Below are positions 49,558 through 62,920 of a DNA stretch of 64,000 nucleotides, piece after piece. The position numbers were made by a program, and so were the translations under genes. Position 1 is the stretch's first letter. The number at the start of each line of letters is the position of its first letter. Location of the stretch: contig NMRA01000250.1 of NCBI GenBank assembly GCA_002633005.1, positions 31,534-95,533 on the forward strand, given 5' to 3'. Under the pieces are notes generated by a model. It saw nothing but the letters and a program-made list of their open reading frames with translations, made no database searches and had not been told where the DNA came from. This DNA comes from Phoronis australis (taxonomy: Eukaryota; Animalia; Phoronida).

Positions 49558-51548
49558 TACGGTGGCTCAAAGATGACATCGCGCGTTTCTGTTTTTAATT
49601 ATCTCGGGATCTCAAAATCTCGAGATAATTTTCCTCAGTGTGTCGCTGTACATAAGCAGTCCTCTGGTGATTCGCATTGTCACACAATCTGGATCGACAG
49701 CAAAAAGAACGATTCGAACAGTTTTTCGTTTCACCACTAAGCCATTAGTGACACTTTTGTGGTGCATCAATCTATAACCGTATTGCTGCCCTGGCATCGA
49801 TATTTGTTGGTCGGTATGAAACCAATTTTAATTTAAAAATCCTCAATGTATGAATATTTTGTTACGACGCGCGAGCCCTAGTCTTTACAACAAACGCCGA
49901 AGATGCCTAACGCCAATAACGTTACCAAGGCGATACCTGAGCATGTCGACAGCCCTTAGTTGAAAAGATCTCTAACAGCTTCATTTCTATCCAAATTGGA
50001 ATGCAAGGCCTATCATGTGACACCAACTTCACATGACAGTAAGAGGCCAATTCTATTTTTGTTTTTCAGCCAACAAAACTAGTAGTAGGCCTACTGAAGT
50101 TATAAGCGGAAAGCGTATCTTTAACATCATCCTATAGCATACAGACATGTAAATCTGTTGCGGCTTGATCAATCTAAGTTCTGTCCTTTCCTCAGATTTT
50201 GTTATCTGGACTCATTGACAGATGGAATTTCTGAACATAAGCGTTGCCATTGACGTTTTGTTGCTACGATGCGTCCTGATAGCTCCACTGACTGTGTGGG
50301 TCAAGATTGTAGATGTCCTTTATCACTTGTCCTGATGATGGTGTATGAGACATCGAAACATGGTGAAGTTTTTATTAGTATTGTCACTATTTCTTCGTCG
50401 AGACCATAAGCGTTATACCCGGTTTCACGCCAGATAGGACCGCACGTGCTTTTACAAACGTTGAAAATTGATTCATCTATCTTAACGTAAAATGTAGAAA
50501 ATATTCCTGTGTAACTGTCATTTGATCGAGCTAGTGGTATGCCACCACATTGTCATGGGTAAAAAAATATGAGGTTTTAAAGACCACGATTGAAAAGGTA
50601 CACTTCAGTAAAATTATTCTTGGAGTACTGTATATTTAGGAAGTGCCACCTTTAATGTTACAGTTTTGCTCTGGTGCTAGTCAGCTATTTTTCAGCAAAG
50701 TTGCCGCTGAAATATTACTGAGTTTATCCTTAGAACATTATGATTTATTTTCTTGCCCAACATGCCTGCACAACTATGCCTGCACAACATGCCAGTGCAC
50801 AACATGCCCTGCACAACATGCCTGCACAACATGCCTGCCCAACATGCCTGCACAACGTGCCTGCCCAACGTGCCTGCCCAACGTGCCTGCACAACGTGCC
50901 TGCACAACGTCGGGGTGCTTGCACAACGTCGGGGTGCCTGCAGAACGTGCCTGCAGAACGTGCCTGCAGAACGTGCCTGCCCAACGTGCCTGCCCAACGT
51001 GCCTGCACAACATGCCTGCACAACATGCCTGCAGCCCATATTATATGCAGTTGTACAATCACTTACATGAGTACATCGTCCCTTCTTTTACCATCTGTCA
51101 ACAGTCACATACATGTATTTAGCATTTTTTAAACTGTTTCCATCAAATGTTGAACGCCCCTCGTGGGTTTCTGAGTTATTATCCTTGTCCAACTGAGGCC
51201 GACCGGCCCAAGCCTGTGGAACTTTTGTTTTTTGTTGCGCCGTTTTTATTTCTTTTCTTCACCGATGAATTCCCTTAACTGCCCCGGGCCCCGGGGTTGT
51301 GGGCCCTCCTGTTCACCCCTTCTCGACGCCCCTGGCCATGCATTCAATTTAGTTTGCAACGTGTCTTTATCCAAACTACTTCGAGTATTCGTTGTGAAAA
51401 CCACGATTTATTAGTTGAGATCGGTGGGCATTTGAAATCAGGAGTGTGATCGAGATCCCGGCATCTCAAGATCTTAGATAATTGAGTCGGGATCTCGAGA
51501 TCCTGAGATTAAAAAAGAAACGCGCGATGTCATGTTGGGGCCACCGTA
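49558..51548. mobile_element. Non-autonomous DNA transposon, IS3EU-like
   Basis: TIRs tacggtggctcaaagatgacatcgcgcgtttct / agaaacgcgcgatgtcatgttggggccaccgta, subterminal gagatc repeats, 6-bp TSD actaaa/gctaaa. TAYGG ends with 6-bp TSDs fit IS3EU. Confidence 0.75.
50754..51033. repeat. 13-bp minisatellite, about 21 copies
   Basis: Unit c(a/g)tgcctgc(a/c)caa; source of the spurious Cys-rich ORFs on both strands. Confidence 0.95.
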
Positions 51549-52814
51549 GCTAAACGACCAGCTGACCACTCGACCAACCTGCTGCGGTTATGGGCAGCTT
51601 CAGATTGGCAGTCTCAGTCACCATGGGCTTGAATTTTGTCCGAATAGTCAGGTTGTGACAACGATTTCGAGTAGTTGCCCTCCCCTGCCCTCCGGAGAAC
51701 AAATGATATTGAACTGTCCGAATTTCATGATCCTCTCAAAATTCACCAAAAGGTCTTGCCTTCAGATTGGCACCTAGAGCTATCTGAACACCCGGTTCGG
51801 GACAAGATGATAGAGATTTTATCGAATTTAGTCCTGCATCAACGTTCACTGAATTATCACGAGCCTGCAATGGCGCGAGGTAATCCGGCGCACTGACACG
51901 CAGCTCCTAATCCGCCAAAAGGAGTGCAGGAGCCAGATCGCACTTCTTCAGCGGCGCCTAGGTGTTAAAAATGCCGTAAGCAATACCTGCCGTACTTGAA
52001 AACCCGTCTGTTGTCTCCAAATGCCTGAGGAAAGGTGACATACACAGCTTCCAGCACACATTTGTCCACTAGAAGTTTCAGTTTCGAACTCAGAAGGACA
52101 ATGCAGTCGTTTTTGGATGGTGCGTCCTCAGGCCCTTATGGAGAGGTCCGCTATCATGACAGCGTCATTTCAGTGCTTCTTAACGGGTCTTCTAAAACGA
52201 TATATCTGTCGATTTTCAAGGACATATGGACTACCGCTCTTTCACTGTTTTCTGCTTGGAATTATTTCATATTAGTCGGCCTGCTTACGCAACACGTACA
52301 GTAGGGGGCGCTAAGCCTAATGATGGAAGCACTTGCAGGTCTTTTCTTAATTTCGTGAAACATTTCCTCATAATTAATTAGGAATCCCTTTTCTTGACGA
52401 AAAGAGACCTGGTGATCAATATAGAGTCACCAAAGTCCCTCTTCTTTTTTTGTGTAAGTGGAGTTAGTTCGATATTAATATTAAGGTGCCGCACTCGTAT
52501 GAAGCAACGACTGCTGGTTTTTAATATTTTTCGTTCTGTAAAGTCATCCTTTCATTTGATTCTCGGGGAGGGCTCAACTTACTATTTTTTTCCTATATTT
52601 TTTGTGGAATACTATACATTCTGTTTGAAAGAGGAGCTCTGATGATGCCGGGGCGAGGTTCAATATCACCCCAACTTCCTTGTTTCGACGGTTACCATAT
52701 AAGGGACACCTCAGAGGGCGCCGCGATAATTGCTCCTTTCCCCTCAAATAAATTCGATTCTGAATTCACTTTTGGTAGTGCCAAGAGGCCACTACTCAAG
52801 ATAAGCCAGTACCG

Positions 52815-53390
52815 TTGACATCATTCCAACTTCCCCACAACCATGAAATAATCCTATACAGATCAAGATGCGGACTATTCCTAAACAACGACAAATTTAG
52901 ACATAATTTTATTAATATTTCGCCTCTGCGTTCCTGTAGCCGAGACACTCAGACAAATGCTCATATTTTCTTTGCTTTATGCGAGGAGCAGAGAGCACAG
53001 CTTTTCCAGGCACTCAAACAATACCCCAATGTTTATAAAAAATATTCAGATCTTCCGCAAGTGTATAACATTTTTTTTCTAAATGGTTGTAAAGAACTTG
53101 ACCTAAATGAAAATAAAGTTTTATTCGAAATAGTATCAAAATCTCTTTTTAAAATAAAATATCTTTGTGTGAGTCGATAAAATCGTATACATGTAAAATT
53201 AGTTGTGTGTGAGAATGATTTGTAAAATTCGCAATCACATGTCATTGTAGTCTTAACATCAGTTTATTAATTGATGTACAATTGTATAAAGATTTCTTTG
53301 TATTTATTTAACTCAAATACAATGCCTCTTGACACATTCTTGTTCTGTATATTTATTGTATTGAATAGTTCACAATGCAATAAAATGACC
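52815..53390 (+). mobile_element. 3' fragment of a CR1/L2-type non-LTR retrotransposon
   Basis: LNNDKFRHNFINISP..SC....QTNAHIFF..C..QR..L...FLNG..ELDLNENKVLFEIV resembles the post-RT C-terminus of CR1/L2 ORF2; AT-rich tail ending near aataaa. Confidence 0.7.
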
Positions 53391-54009
53391 AGAGACGAAA
53401 CAACGTTCCCGGTCGTAAGTGGCGAATTGTCAGCACCCGTGACGGGTGCCGCCGCGAGGATGACAAGCCGCTAAGACCAATCTCAACCAAACGTGTCAGC
53501 TTCAGATCAAACTGTCTCGACACCGTGGCTTCCGTGACAGGGAACAGTAAATCTGTATCGTCTCGCGGCCTTTAGAAATTTCGTCACAAGGATTAATTTC
53601 TCTTGCTCATGAATGCCGCGTCCGTTCCGACCAGGCGCTCGGCGGTGCCAGAGATGTCAAAATCCCTTGGTATCTTTATCAACGTCTTATCTCACGTTTT
53701 ATAGGAAGCTTGTGAATGCCTACGTTAACAAATTTCATTTTTACGCGTATCTACTCTTTGTGTGTTGTTTTGTCTTTCTTCTGGCTCGCTAGCGCACCTG
53801 TGTTGTTTGTCAAACTGTCACACCGATGTGAAATAAATATTTTACCTATTTACTTGATGTCCAGGCAGGAAAACGTTGTCTTGTCTAAACCAAGGAACGC
53901 CGCGCTAGAGGGGACGAAAAAAATCCCACTGGCTCTCATGGCTCCCGGTAGCCCAGTTTACAAGCTCAATAAGAAAAACCGTGTCTTCCACCAAAGGGTG
54001 GCACTAGTT

Positions 54010-54201
54010 GTAGTGATCACGTGATCAGTTAAATACACTTCCGTTGTTTTCTTCTGTTCCAAGTTAGGTGGTCGACTTTGTTGTCAAAGCTCGACACTCT
54101 CAAGAAAGACGCATGCCATAAAAAACAGGTGAAGAGCCAATCCTGAGTAAAGGATAAAAAGGCCCTTTGTATCTATACAATTTGTGGCGCTGGTCGCTTA
54201 G
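54010..54201 (+). promoter_or_regulatory. Candidate promoter and first exon of a plus-strand gene
   Basis: Palindromic E-box tgatcacgtgatca, ETS-like cacttccg, strong donor cttag|gtaagt at 54201/54202, downstream of a relatively CpG-rich stretch. Confidence 0.35.
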
Positions 54202-56848
54202 GTAAGTTTTTCATATTGCTGAGAAATGAACTTGCTGACTTGATCAGTTTTCTTTGTCATTTTGCAAGTCAAGAACTGAACAGTAGGAGAAGGTTGATGC
54301 TGACTGGTAACATCGGGAGTGCGTTCTGTAGCTCTTGCAGCCTGAAATCTTGGTGTGACAGGCCCTCATTTGAGAACCAGTTACTTCCACCATTTCTGTA
54401 CGAAGAATATAGTGGCACAGTGCTTGTCTTTATCAGTATCAGATAGTCAGTTATTTCAGTTAGCAGTTCCGAAACGGACAATGAAACAAATGCCCCTCAC
54501 TATGGAATCGTTATTCTAAAGTTTTGTCACATTTTGTAAAAAATCATGCAAAAGCTCAGACGATTGTCGTGAACCGAGCATCCGACATGTTTGACAATCT
54601 GATTTATACATAAATGGTTTGAAAATAGAGGACGCTTAACTCAATCAAACACAGCAAAATTAACTGTTATGTTACTTTGTTTGTCGATGATTTTAAATAG
54701 AGTTAAGTATTTTATACTGCTGCCCCAGACTTATGGGAAATATACAATGAAACATTCGGAAATTGTTTTGCAATTTCATCAACATTGAAAACTTTGTTCA
54801 GTTTGTTGCTGTTGACAGCAAAGCGTTAAAATGCTTAAAATCACCAATTTGTTATCAAAAACCGGAGACATTCTTGGCCAGGGTTGAACCTGTGTCCTTT
54901 GGGTGCACCTGATGGTATAACGTTGACCTGTTTTCAAAAAGTTGTACCCTGCAAAATTAGTGTATATAAAGTGGTAACATATTAAACAGAGTGTTGCACT
55001 TTAAAAGATGTGCTCAGGAGGTGCACTGCTGCGGTGTACTTGTGCCTTTTTTATTTTTATGTGCTAATGGCGCAAAGGCGCGGTCCAGAAATGTCTCTGG
55101 AAAACACCAAAATACAACCATATGAGTCACAACCATATGAGTCAATCTAAAACACTTGCAAACACTATTTGACAACATGTTAATAAGCTGATCTTGTATA
55201 TGAGCATTTATTGGTCGATACATACTGCGCAAAATTGGGATGCTAACCTGTCTTGGCATCAGTCATCCTCCATTGTGTTTAGTGTGAAAAGGTGACATAC
55301 ATTGCTGCTCGTTTTCTTTTGGTTTGAAAAGAATAGCGAGGCAATTGTGTTTGTGGCAGTTGTGACAACTCAGTATTGAGCCCACTGTGACTCTTCACTG
55401 GCACAAGTTACAAGAAATTCGTGTGTTGGGGGTTTTTGGCACACTGGTGCTGGATATGCTCATGTGACTCAAGACTGTAGCTAAGAAGCTTTCAGTTTAA
55501 GTTGCGTTTCGGATGGATATTGAATTCATGGTTATGACATGCAGTGCATAAAGTTATGTTTATTAATGCTGACAATGTAGTCACTTGTCCGAAAAAGGTA
55601 CGTATATGGTGGTTTTAAGCACTTTGAGGACACTTGTCGACTCTCATTTCCAACATTTTTCATAATAAGTAGTTTTTTACTGCATCCAAAGGCAGAGCGC
55701 ATTAAAAATGGCGAGGGTTCTGGTTCAGGACTGTAAACCGGTCTTAGGTTCTTATGGTATTTCTGATTAATGCAGATGGTCCAAACTCAAATTTTAATGT
55801 GCAATAAATGCATATGTATTTTCATTAGTTATGAAACAAGAACAGTTTCATTTCTTCTATTATTTTGCGAACAAAAAGTGACTGAATATGGAAGGTATAT
55901 TCCTGGACCGCGCCTTTGGGCCATTAGTTCATAAAAAATAAAAAAAAAACACAAGTATATTACAGCAATGTGCCTCCCAGGTGCATCTTTTAAAACGAAA
56001 CACTCTTCCAAAAATGCAAGATTCTAGTTAACTTACAGCCAGTTGGGTAATATATAGGTTGCAGATTTTTTTAAAATGAGACCAAGTTAACAGGCGTTTT
56101 ACAAATGACAATGCGTCGCTTGGCTCCAGGTGCGACCTTGACATTCAATTATCCTCTGACAGAGGACACGACATCTCATGCACTGAGTCTGCTGGGCACA
56201 ACTTCTTGGAAAGTGCGCCTTAAGGGTACAGGTTCAAACCTGGTCAAGAATTGGTACTCTTTTTCTAATGGAAGCTACTGGTTATCTTGCTCTACTCATT
56301 ATCCGGCACCACTACATCCAACTCAACTCAAGACCAATCACTTCCATGCCCGCCATTTTGCTAGCTTATGCTAGTGAAGTCCAGAGCATACCCTCAAAAC
56401 ACTCGCATTTTGCTCGTCACTTGCATGGTGTCCTATGATCTTACTTTTCCGTGAGTTTCTCACGTCGTCAGAGGGCACTCCAGATGTTCTCTACTTTTTT
56501 AAATGCAATGATGATTGTTTACATTGTTTGAGAATGTAGGTGCATTGTTCCGTCACCCACGTCCGGTGTCCACTGCCGCCATATCTCTAAACCCCTGGAT
56601 GGTTGGTTTGTGAAATTTTGCTTACACTATCATGTACTTGTAAATTATCTGTCAGATCTGGGTACCGGTGTGCCTCCTAGTGGCAATTTCATTTTTAGGT
56701 TTGCAGAGGTACCAACCACTACAATTTTGGCAAACTACGTCACTACGATCAGGAGTAAGTAAACTGTCAAGACATGAACTTGTGTTGTTTCATTTATGAC
56801 ACGGTGCTCTCAGACTGTTACATATCATAAGTAAGACATAACTGTAGA

Positions 56849-56995
56849 GGAGGCAGTGTGGCCTAGTGTGACAGGTACCCACCCACTTTCTTTACTCGAG
56901 GATGTGGGTTCGAGTCCAACTGGGTAACACTGCTAAACCCTTGAGTCAGGTTTCTAGCTCCTCAGCTCGGTTGTAACTGTATATTAATAAAACAT
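56849..56995 (+). mobile_element. tRNA-derived SINE-like copy
   Basis: A-box-like tggcctagtg, B-box ggttcgagtcc (56907-56917), downstream cccttgagtcagg and A-rich tail. Confidence 0.55.
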
Positions 56996-57499
56996 AAAAA
57001 TGGTTTCTGGTGGTCACTGCAATGGGCGCACATGCGGAGCCTGTGCACGTCTGATACAACGTGTATTAGACTGCCTGCAATTATTTTTTTAAAGACGTAA
57101 CTGTGCGTTACAAATTTTAAGATATGCGGCAAAAATTTTCATTTATTATAACTTTGTGTTTTACTAAAATTTGAGTTCTAATGCGGCGGCGATTGGCCGC
57201 AGAGGTGGCATCCAGGTGCAGTTCCGACTGTTGATGTCATAGACTATAGAACATAGACCGCCAACTCTGTATATTTTCAATGGACAAAATCTGTGGTCTT
57301 ATGCACAAGCCATGACGTCATTATGCACTAGTAACACCTGGCCAAATTAGCTAGTTTTATTTCTGGAAAGTACGTCGTTTGCTAATCATGGCCGTCTGTT
57401 GTGTGTTGTAAAGAACTAAGTTTCCACACCACTGAAGTTTGAATTTTGCAATTACATAACCAGTAGCATTCCCAAAAGTACTCATGATACCAACAGTTT

Positions 57500-57692
57500 G
57501 TAATTGTTTACAATGTGACGACATTGACTTACACATATGATTTTGGTATCGTTGGATTCCTTGCAAAATTACCTTTCCAAAAATACATAGAAATTTTGGT
57601 AATTGTTTACAATATGACGACATTGACCTACACATATAGTTTTGGTATTGTTGGATTCCTCGCAACGTTATCTTTTCAAAAATATATGAATG
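57500..57692. repeat. ~99-bp tandem duplication
   Basis: gtaattgtttacaat.tgacgacattgac.tacacatat...ttggattcct occurs twice. Confidence 0.9.
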
Positions 57693-58312
57693 TATCCCCT
57701 ACCGCGTTTTCTCCGTATTTTATCGTCTAATTTCGGGTCGCACTATTTCCCGGTTGACACCGCCATGTTAGCTCAAATCAAGATCACAGCGACACCTGTT
57801 GTTAATGAATGAAACGGCATCATCGATTCTGAAGGGTGTTTTCCCGTGCGAAATTCCCGCTAAAGTTTTCCTGACATAATATGGAGGAACAAGTAGCAGC
57901 ATTTCACCTTTTCCAATTATTTAAAATTGTGACCATTTGACCATGGTTCCACGAAATTGCCCAGTCTTTGACAGCTTGTGTGGTCACATGACATTGAATA
58001 GAAAAATAGGTCAGCTGACTTATTCGAACGCATTGGAACAAGGACGCTTAACTGCAATTTATTTCTCGCTAAACTTAACCAACAACATTCTTAATAATGA
58101 ATAGTCGTCACATAAAGTTCCTAAAACGTTACATGAGCGGTAATTTCATGTTACGGAGCAGCCCCGGTGTTTTCTTAGAAACTTCATTGTTATGACGAAC
58201 AGGTGATCGCGAGTCCAGAAGTCCAGGTGGCGAACGTGAGGCGTTTTTACTTGTTAGTCTTTTATGTCTAAGAGCACGTGCGTCCGTCGAGCATTTTCAT
58301 TATCGTCTGATC

Positions 58313-58498
58313 ATGTTGAAACGACTGAAATCACCGTCCGAGTCGAACAGCGAACCACCGGCAAAAAGGAAAGCTTGCCCAGCGACTCTCAGACCCCAGT
58401 ATGCAGACAAATATCCGTGCATTAAGCGTTCAACAGTGAGTGACCAGCACGCTTGCACGTTGTGTGGGGTGGACTTTCGATGTTCAGAAACACATTGA
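58313..58498 (+). mobile_element. hAT transposase N-terminal (BED-finger-like) relic
   Basis: LRPQYADKYPCIKRS....HACTLCGVDF resembles the F..EY...WP.I..S...AFC..C..DF start of hAT transposases; truncated. Confidence 0.55.
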
Positions 58499-60631
58499 TT
58501 AGATAAAAGCTACGCAAACGTGGGATGAATATTGTGTCCATTTTAGTTCACGCTGGTTTATGCTTGACACCTCTAAAATTACTAATTTTTATACTGATAA
58601 CTACTACTGAGGTTGTCACCTCTGAGATTGCTTCTGTGTCTTAGGAGTTCCTTGACAGGTTCTCATGAAATTTGGCGAATATGTTTCTAGTCGTTGTCAA
58701 CAACGTGTGAAAGACAAATCGTATTTCGCGCACGTAGCCCCAGAAACAAGTAAAGGGTTTGAGAATTTCTTGGCAACTGAAAGTAAAGACGTGACCGTCG
58801 TTTGGCGATTAATAAGGTTGTCATTTTCACTTTGGCTGTCTTAATACGATAAAAAGGAGAAGCACGATTGTATGCCGGGACCGCTTGCGCGCTAACGGTG
58901 CCGCAGTGCGATATCAGGGATATTGTCGTGGATACTTGGTACATGTAATAATGATATCTTATGTGAAAAATAAACATTTTTGTCCACCACAAAGTTTGTT
59001 AAGTTGATCGCTTAAGAATTAGAAACACCGTTGTTTTGTGAAGTTTTATCACGTGTTAACCAGTGGCCCGAAACTTTTTCGGCGAATCCGGAATTTACAA
59101 AAGTGGCCAAAAGTGTTAGCCAATGAAAGGCGTCAAAGATCGATTCTACATATCCCATGTTCACGCGTCTTGCTTACAAGTCATCGGGTGGGCTGTTCTC
59201 TGTTAGTGTTGTTTTGAACTTGGATTTGGCAACAACCAAATAACTGTCGGATTAACAAGAGCTGCTATGTATTTGACAGGTATCTGTTGAGAAGTGTAAA
59301 AACTCAGCTCATATTCGTTTGAAATTCCAGGTCGCATTATGCGACTTGATACGAGCTGACAAAAATCTCAGCTCGCATTTCCAAATTTCAGGTCGCAAAT
59401 GCGACCTGCACCTCGTTATGTCGAGCCCTGAATATGGAGCACCATAGCATTTCAAGGTGGTTTTGGAGTATTCTGCTGCATCTGGTGGCTGACTTGGAAT
59501 GCCTGTTTGATAATGCTTGGAAATTGCCAATGTTGACATTGAATGGAGTTTTTAAAAACTGTTTTTTTTCCATTCCATTTCACTGAATGATAATTTGTCC
59601 GTTGTTAACGCACTACTTTGGTCTTATTATCTAATACAATTCTAGAACATTCTAATTCAATGCTTATCTATCTACATGAACTGAACTGAGTCCTGGCTAT
59701 AGTAAAACCAGACTGCAGTTGATGAGGTTTTTATCTTGATTATAATGCATTGTTATTATTATTTTTGCGAATGTGAAAAGTTCTCACTTGTGGTGCTGCT
59801 GTTCAAAATGCATGTCTTAAATGATTACATTTTAGTGTTGCTTTTGTATCTAGTAAATGCAACTATTCCAAGGTAGAGCCTTCCACTATGTGTAAAGTGT
59901 GATTATTTATTTATTTATTATTACATAGTATTTTTGTTGTAGACACTTTTGTGTTGTACTCTTTCATTGATTACTTTTGAATCTTGTTTTTTCATCTGTT
60001 TCTGCATCTGCCAAACCACTCAGAGAATCATCATGAAAATTGCCAAACGTGTTTGGACTTACAAGAGCACTTTTGGTATGGATTTTCGTACGGGTCCCAC
60101 AACTGGGGTGCTCCCTTGTGGTATTTTTTCTGTGACTCTTCTAAACCCCATATAGGATCTGTGTGAAATCTAGCAAGTTCGGATCCAATTATCGCTCTAC
60201 CCCCTAGTGGAATGTGATTTTTTCCCTTTACCTCTGTATTTTTTAGCTCCTTGATGGATTTTCATGAAATCTGCAAATAGTTTCTGTTAGGGATACGGCA
60301 ACACCTTCTAATTTTCAGACATGTTCACCATATTCTGTGTCATCTAATGGCAATTTTTATTATACTAATTAGTAACTAAAAACTCAGAACAGTTATGGGT
60401 GCATTTTGAGGTGCTGTTAATGTTTGTCCCATTGAATATTTTATAGTTTTTTACTCAAATAAATGTCTTATTAATATTATTACTCCTATTCTTATTATAT
60501 TGGTATGAGCTGAACATGCTGATGCAGTGTGCCCAACTCATATTCCTTAATGTCGTTAGATGGGCAACTTCACGGATGTCATTGGATAAAACTTAACTTG
60601 ATGAGCCTTTCCACAGCTGTTCTCTGTGCGG

Positions 60632-60780
60632 ATGGTGGTGAGGAGTGATAATAGGCCGACCCAGATGGCCTCCAGTTTCCTCAAGGATCCTGTCAGTCTT
60701 TTGATGGAGTTGGCTGCTCAGCAGAGGTGGACCATCGAATTCTTGGAGCCGACCAAGGAGGGTCCCCCTCACTTGCCCAG
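60632..60780 (+). CDS. Exon encoding the N-terminal half of a double-stranded RNA-binding domain (ADAR/ADAD-like)
   Basis: Acceptor tttccacag at 60616; MVVRSDNRPTQMASSFLKDPVSLLMELAAQQRWTIEFLEPTKEGPPHLP then donor cag|gtaggt. KxPVSxLMExxQ and GPPHxP are dsRBD helix 1 and loop 2 motifs. Remaining exons not found in the window. Confidence 0.8.
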
Positions 60781-61168
60781 GTAGGTAGTGCTGATCAAGG
60801 GGGCAGCCCCTTGCTTACCCAAGTGTTTTTTCTTGTGTGCTATGCCGCATTGATTTTTAAGCGGAGGTGTGAGCCAGAGATTCATCCGGGATTTCAAAAA
60901 TAGGGTGTCCAAAATGTCTCGGGGCGTCTGTGGCCAGTAACGTGTGACAGTGTTTTATGACCCTGAAGTCAAATTGGTTTCACAGTGTGGTGTGATATTG
61001 TGGAGACATGGTTCTGTAATAAATGTTTTCATATCTTACATCATTTCTAAAACAATTATTTTGTTCTGTACAGCCTGTTGCTGACAGCCATGTTTACTTG
61101 CTTTCTTTACTTGAGTGTCTAAATGCTAAAGAAGGCGTAGTAGCTAGGATGTCTAAATTTGAGCTAGG

Positions 61169-61613
61169 ACAAGGTACCTTAACTACACGGTTAACGGACT
61201 CATAAACACGGCCTACAGACGCATGAACATGACTCATGGACCTGCAAACACCATCCACTGACTCACAAACATGGGAATGGACTCACAAAACGCTATCCAC
61301 GCACCCAAATACACGGGACACTGACTCATATTCACGAGGAAACACAGTTAACGGATTGCCAAACACGGTTTACGGACAAAATGGAGATGTCAGCTGACCC
61401 AGGAAGCCGATGAGTCCGTGACCCGTGTTTGGCGGTCTGTTACCCGTGTTTCCTCGTGAATATGAGTCTGTGTCCCGTGTATTTGGGTGCGTGGATCGTG
61501 TTTTGTCAGTCCATTCTTGTGTTTGTGTGTCAGTGGACGGTGTTTGCAGGTCCGTGAGTTGTGTTCGTGCCCGAGTTTATGAGTCCGTTGACCGTGTAGT
61601 TTAGGTACCTTGT
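61169..61613. mobile_element. Long palindromic (foldback) MITE
   Basis: acaaggtaccttaactacacggttaacggactcataaac... pairs with ...gtttatgagtccgttgaccgtgtagtttaggtaccttgt over about 200 bp; internal acacgg/acggac subrepeats. Confidence 0.9.
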
Positions 61614-62199
61614 GGGATGTCCAATGGAAACCCTGGACAGCCTCTAGATGAAGGCCTGTATCAGTCGAATAGGGGCTTTATTCAGGTAGGTATTTGGCAG
61701 TATTTCCTGTTGGTGTATACACAGCGGTGTCGAGCATGGAAAGACTCCCTCAGTTGCCCTGGCAGACATTCCTTCCTTGATGTTATGAATTACTTTTAGA
61801 CAGTGTCTACCACAGTAAACATTCCTTAGCTTAGGGTGGTCTTTGAAAATTGTCAGAAAAGCAGAAATTCTAAATATTTTTTTATTTAAAGGTGAATTAT
61901 AAGAAACGATTGATTTAGGCCTTTTACTACAGCGCTCAACCCTTAGCTTAACTCCAAGTCACATTTGTGCCAAAACTGAAAATCATGGGTCGCTAAATTC
62001 CCAAATGATATCTGAGATTGCAAAATCGGGCATTGATATTGGTGACTAAAAATGGTAGAAAAAGAGAAAAGGGTGTACTGCATTCCAGTCTCAGAACCTT
62101 TCGTGTACCTCTTCAATTTTTCTCCCCATAAATGTACATTCATTCTCTATCTCAATTCCTCCCGCCAACGAACGACTGTTGTAGAATGCAGACAATCAC

Positions 62200-62920
62200 A
62201 TACACTACGACCTCATGGCGACTTGGGGTTTTTCCCTGGTCGCCAAACACAATCTGAGGTTGCATTGGTGAAATGCAGGTCACCAAATCGAGCCTTGCAC
62301 TGTTTTTTTTAGGACTTGTTTCACGTTCATGTTGTTCCTATACTGTGAGGGGTGTGCATGTGAATCCTTTACTTGATCACCAAAGTCGTGCCAGACATTC
62401 AAGATGTCTTCTTTTGCTGAAGAAATGACTGGTTTTCTATGCATTCAAAAAGTCGTGAAGTCTTTGCTGCAAAATACATAATGGTTACTGCAATTAATCA
62501 GGCTGTGGCAAACCCTGGACTATGCCGTATTTCCATTCATCCTGTTACAGTCGACTTGTGTGACAATGATCTTGGTTCCTATGGTTACCATTTGCATTCT
62601 TCTATTGCTGCTTTGCTCAAGTTCCAATCCAAGTTTACCGTATATAAATTGCTTTGATGGTAGTGAAGTTCTGTTCCAACGAACAGTTTCGCTAGCAGCG
62701 GTCCGTGAAGGGATCATTGTAACGCAATTCAACTGCTGTGCCCTCTCTTGTGGCTGTTTTGCACCATCATTTTATGTGCTGGAGAACTCGCATTTTTGCT
62801 TGGTACCGAAACCATTGTGCAACTGCAGCAGTCATTGCCCTGCCCCGTTCCTGTTGCACCCATGTTCTATGTTCAGTGCTTCCTCGCAGAAGTCTCTGTC
62901 AGTATTAGGCTATTGATTTT
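62200..62920 (-). mobile_element. Possible highly decayed Tc1-like transposase relic
   Basis: Broken frames give DILNVWHDFGDQVK...NVKQVLKK and RTAASETVR, loosely like Tc1 IEHVWD.LGR.V and FRTA..TAR. No TIRs confirmed. Confidence 0.25.

Noticed and set aside
50643-51132. Cys-rich, metallothionein- or keratin-like ORFs
   Set aside because: Open in several frames on both strands because of a stop-free 13-bp minisatellite inside a transposon.
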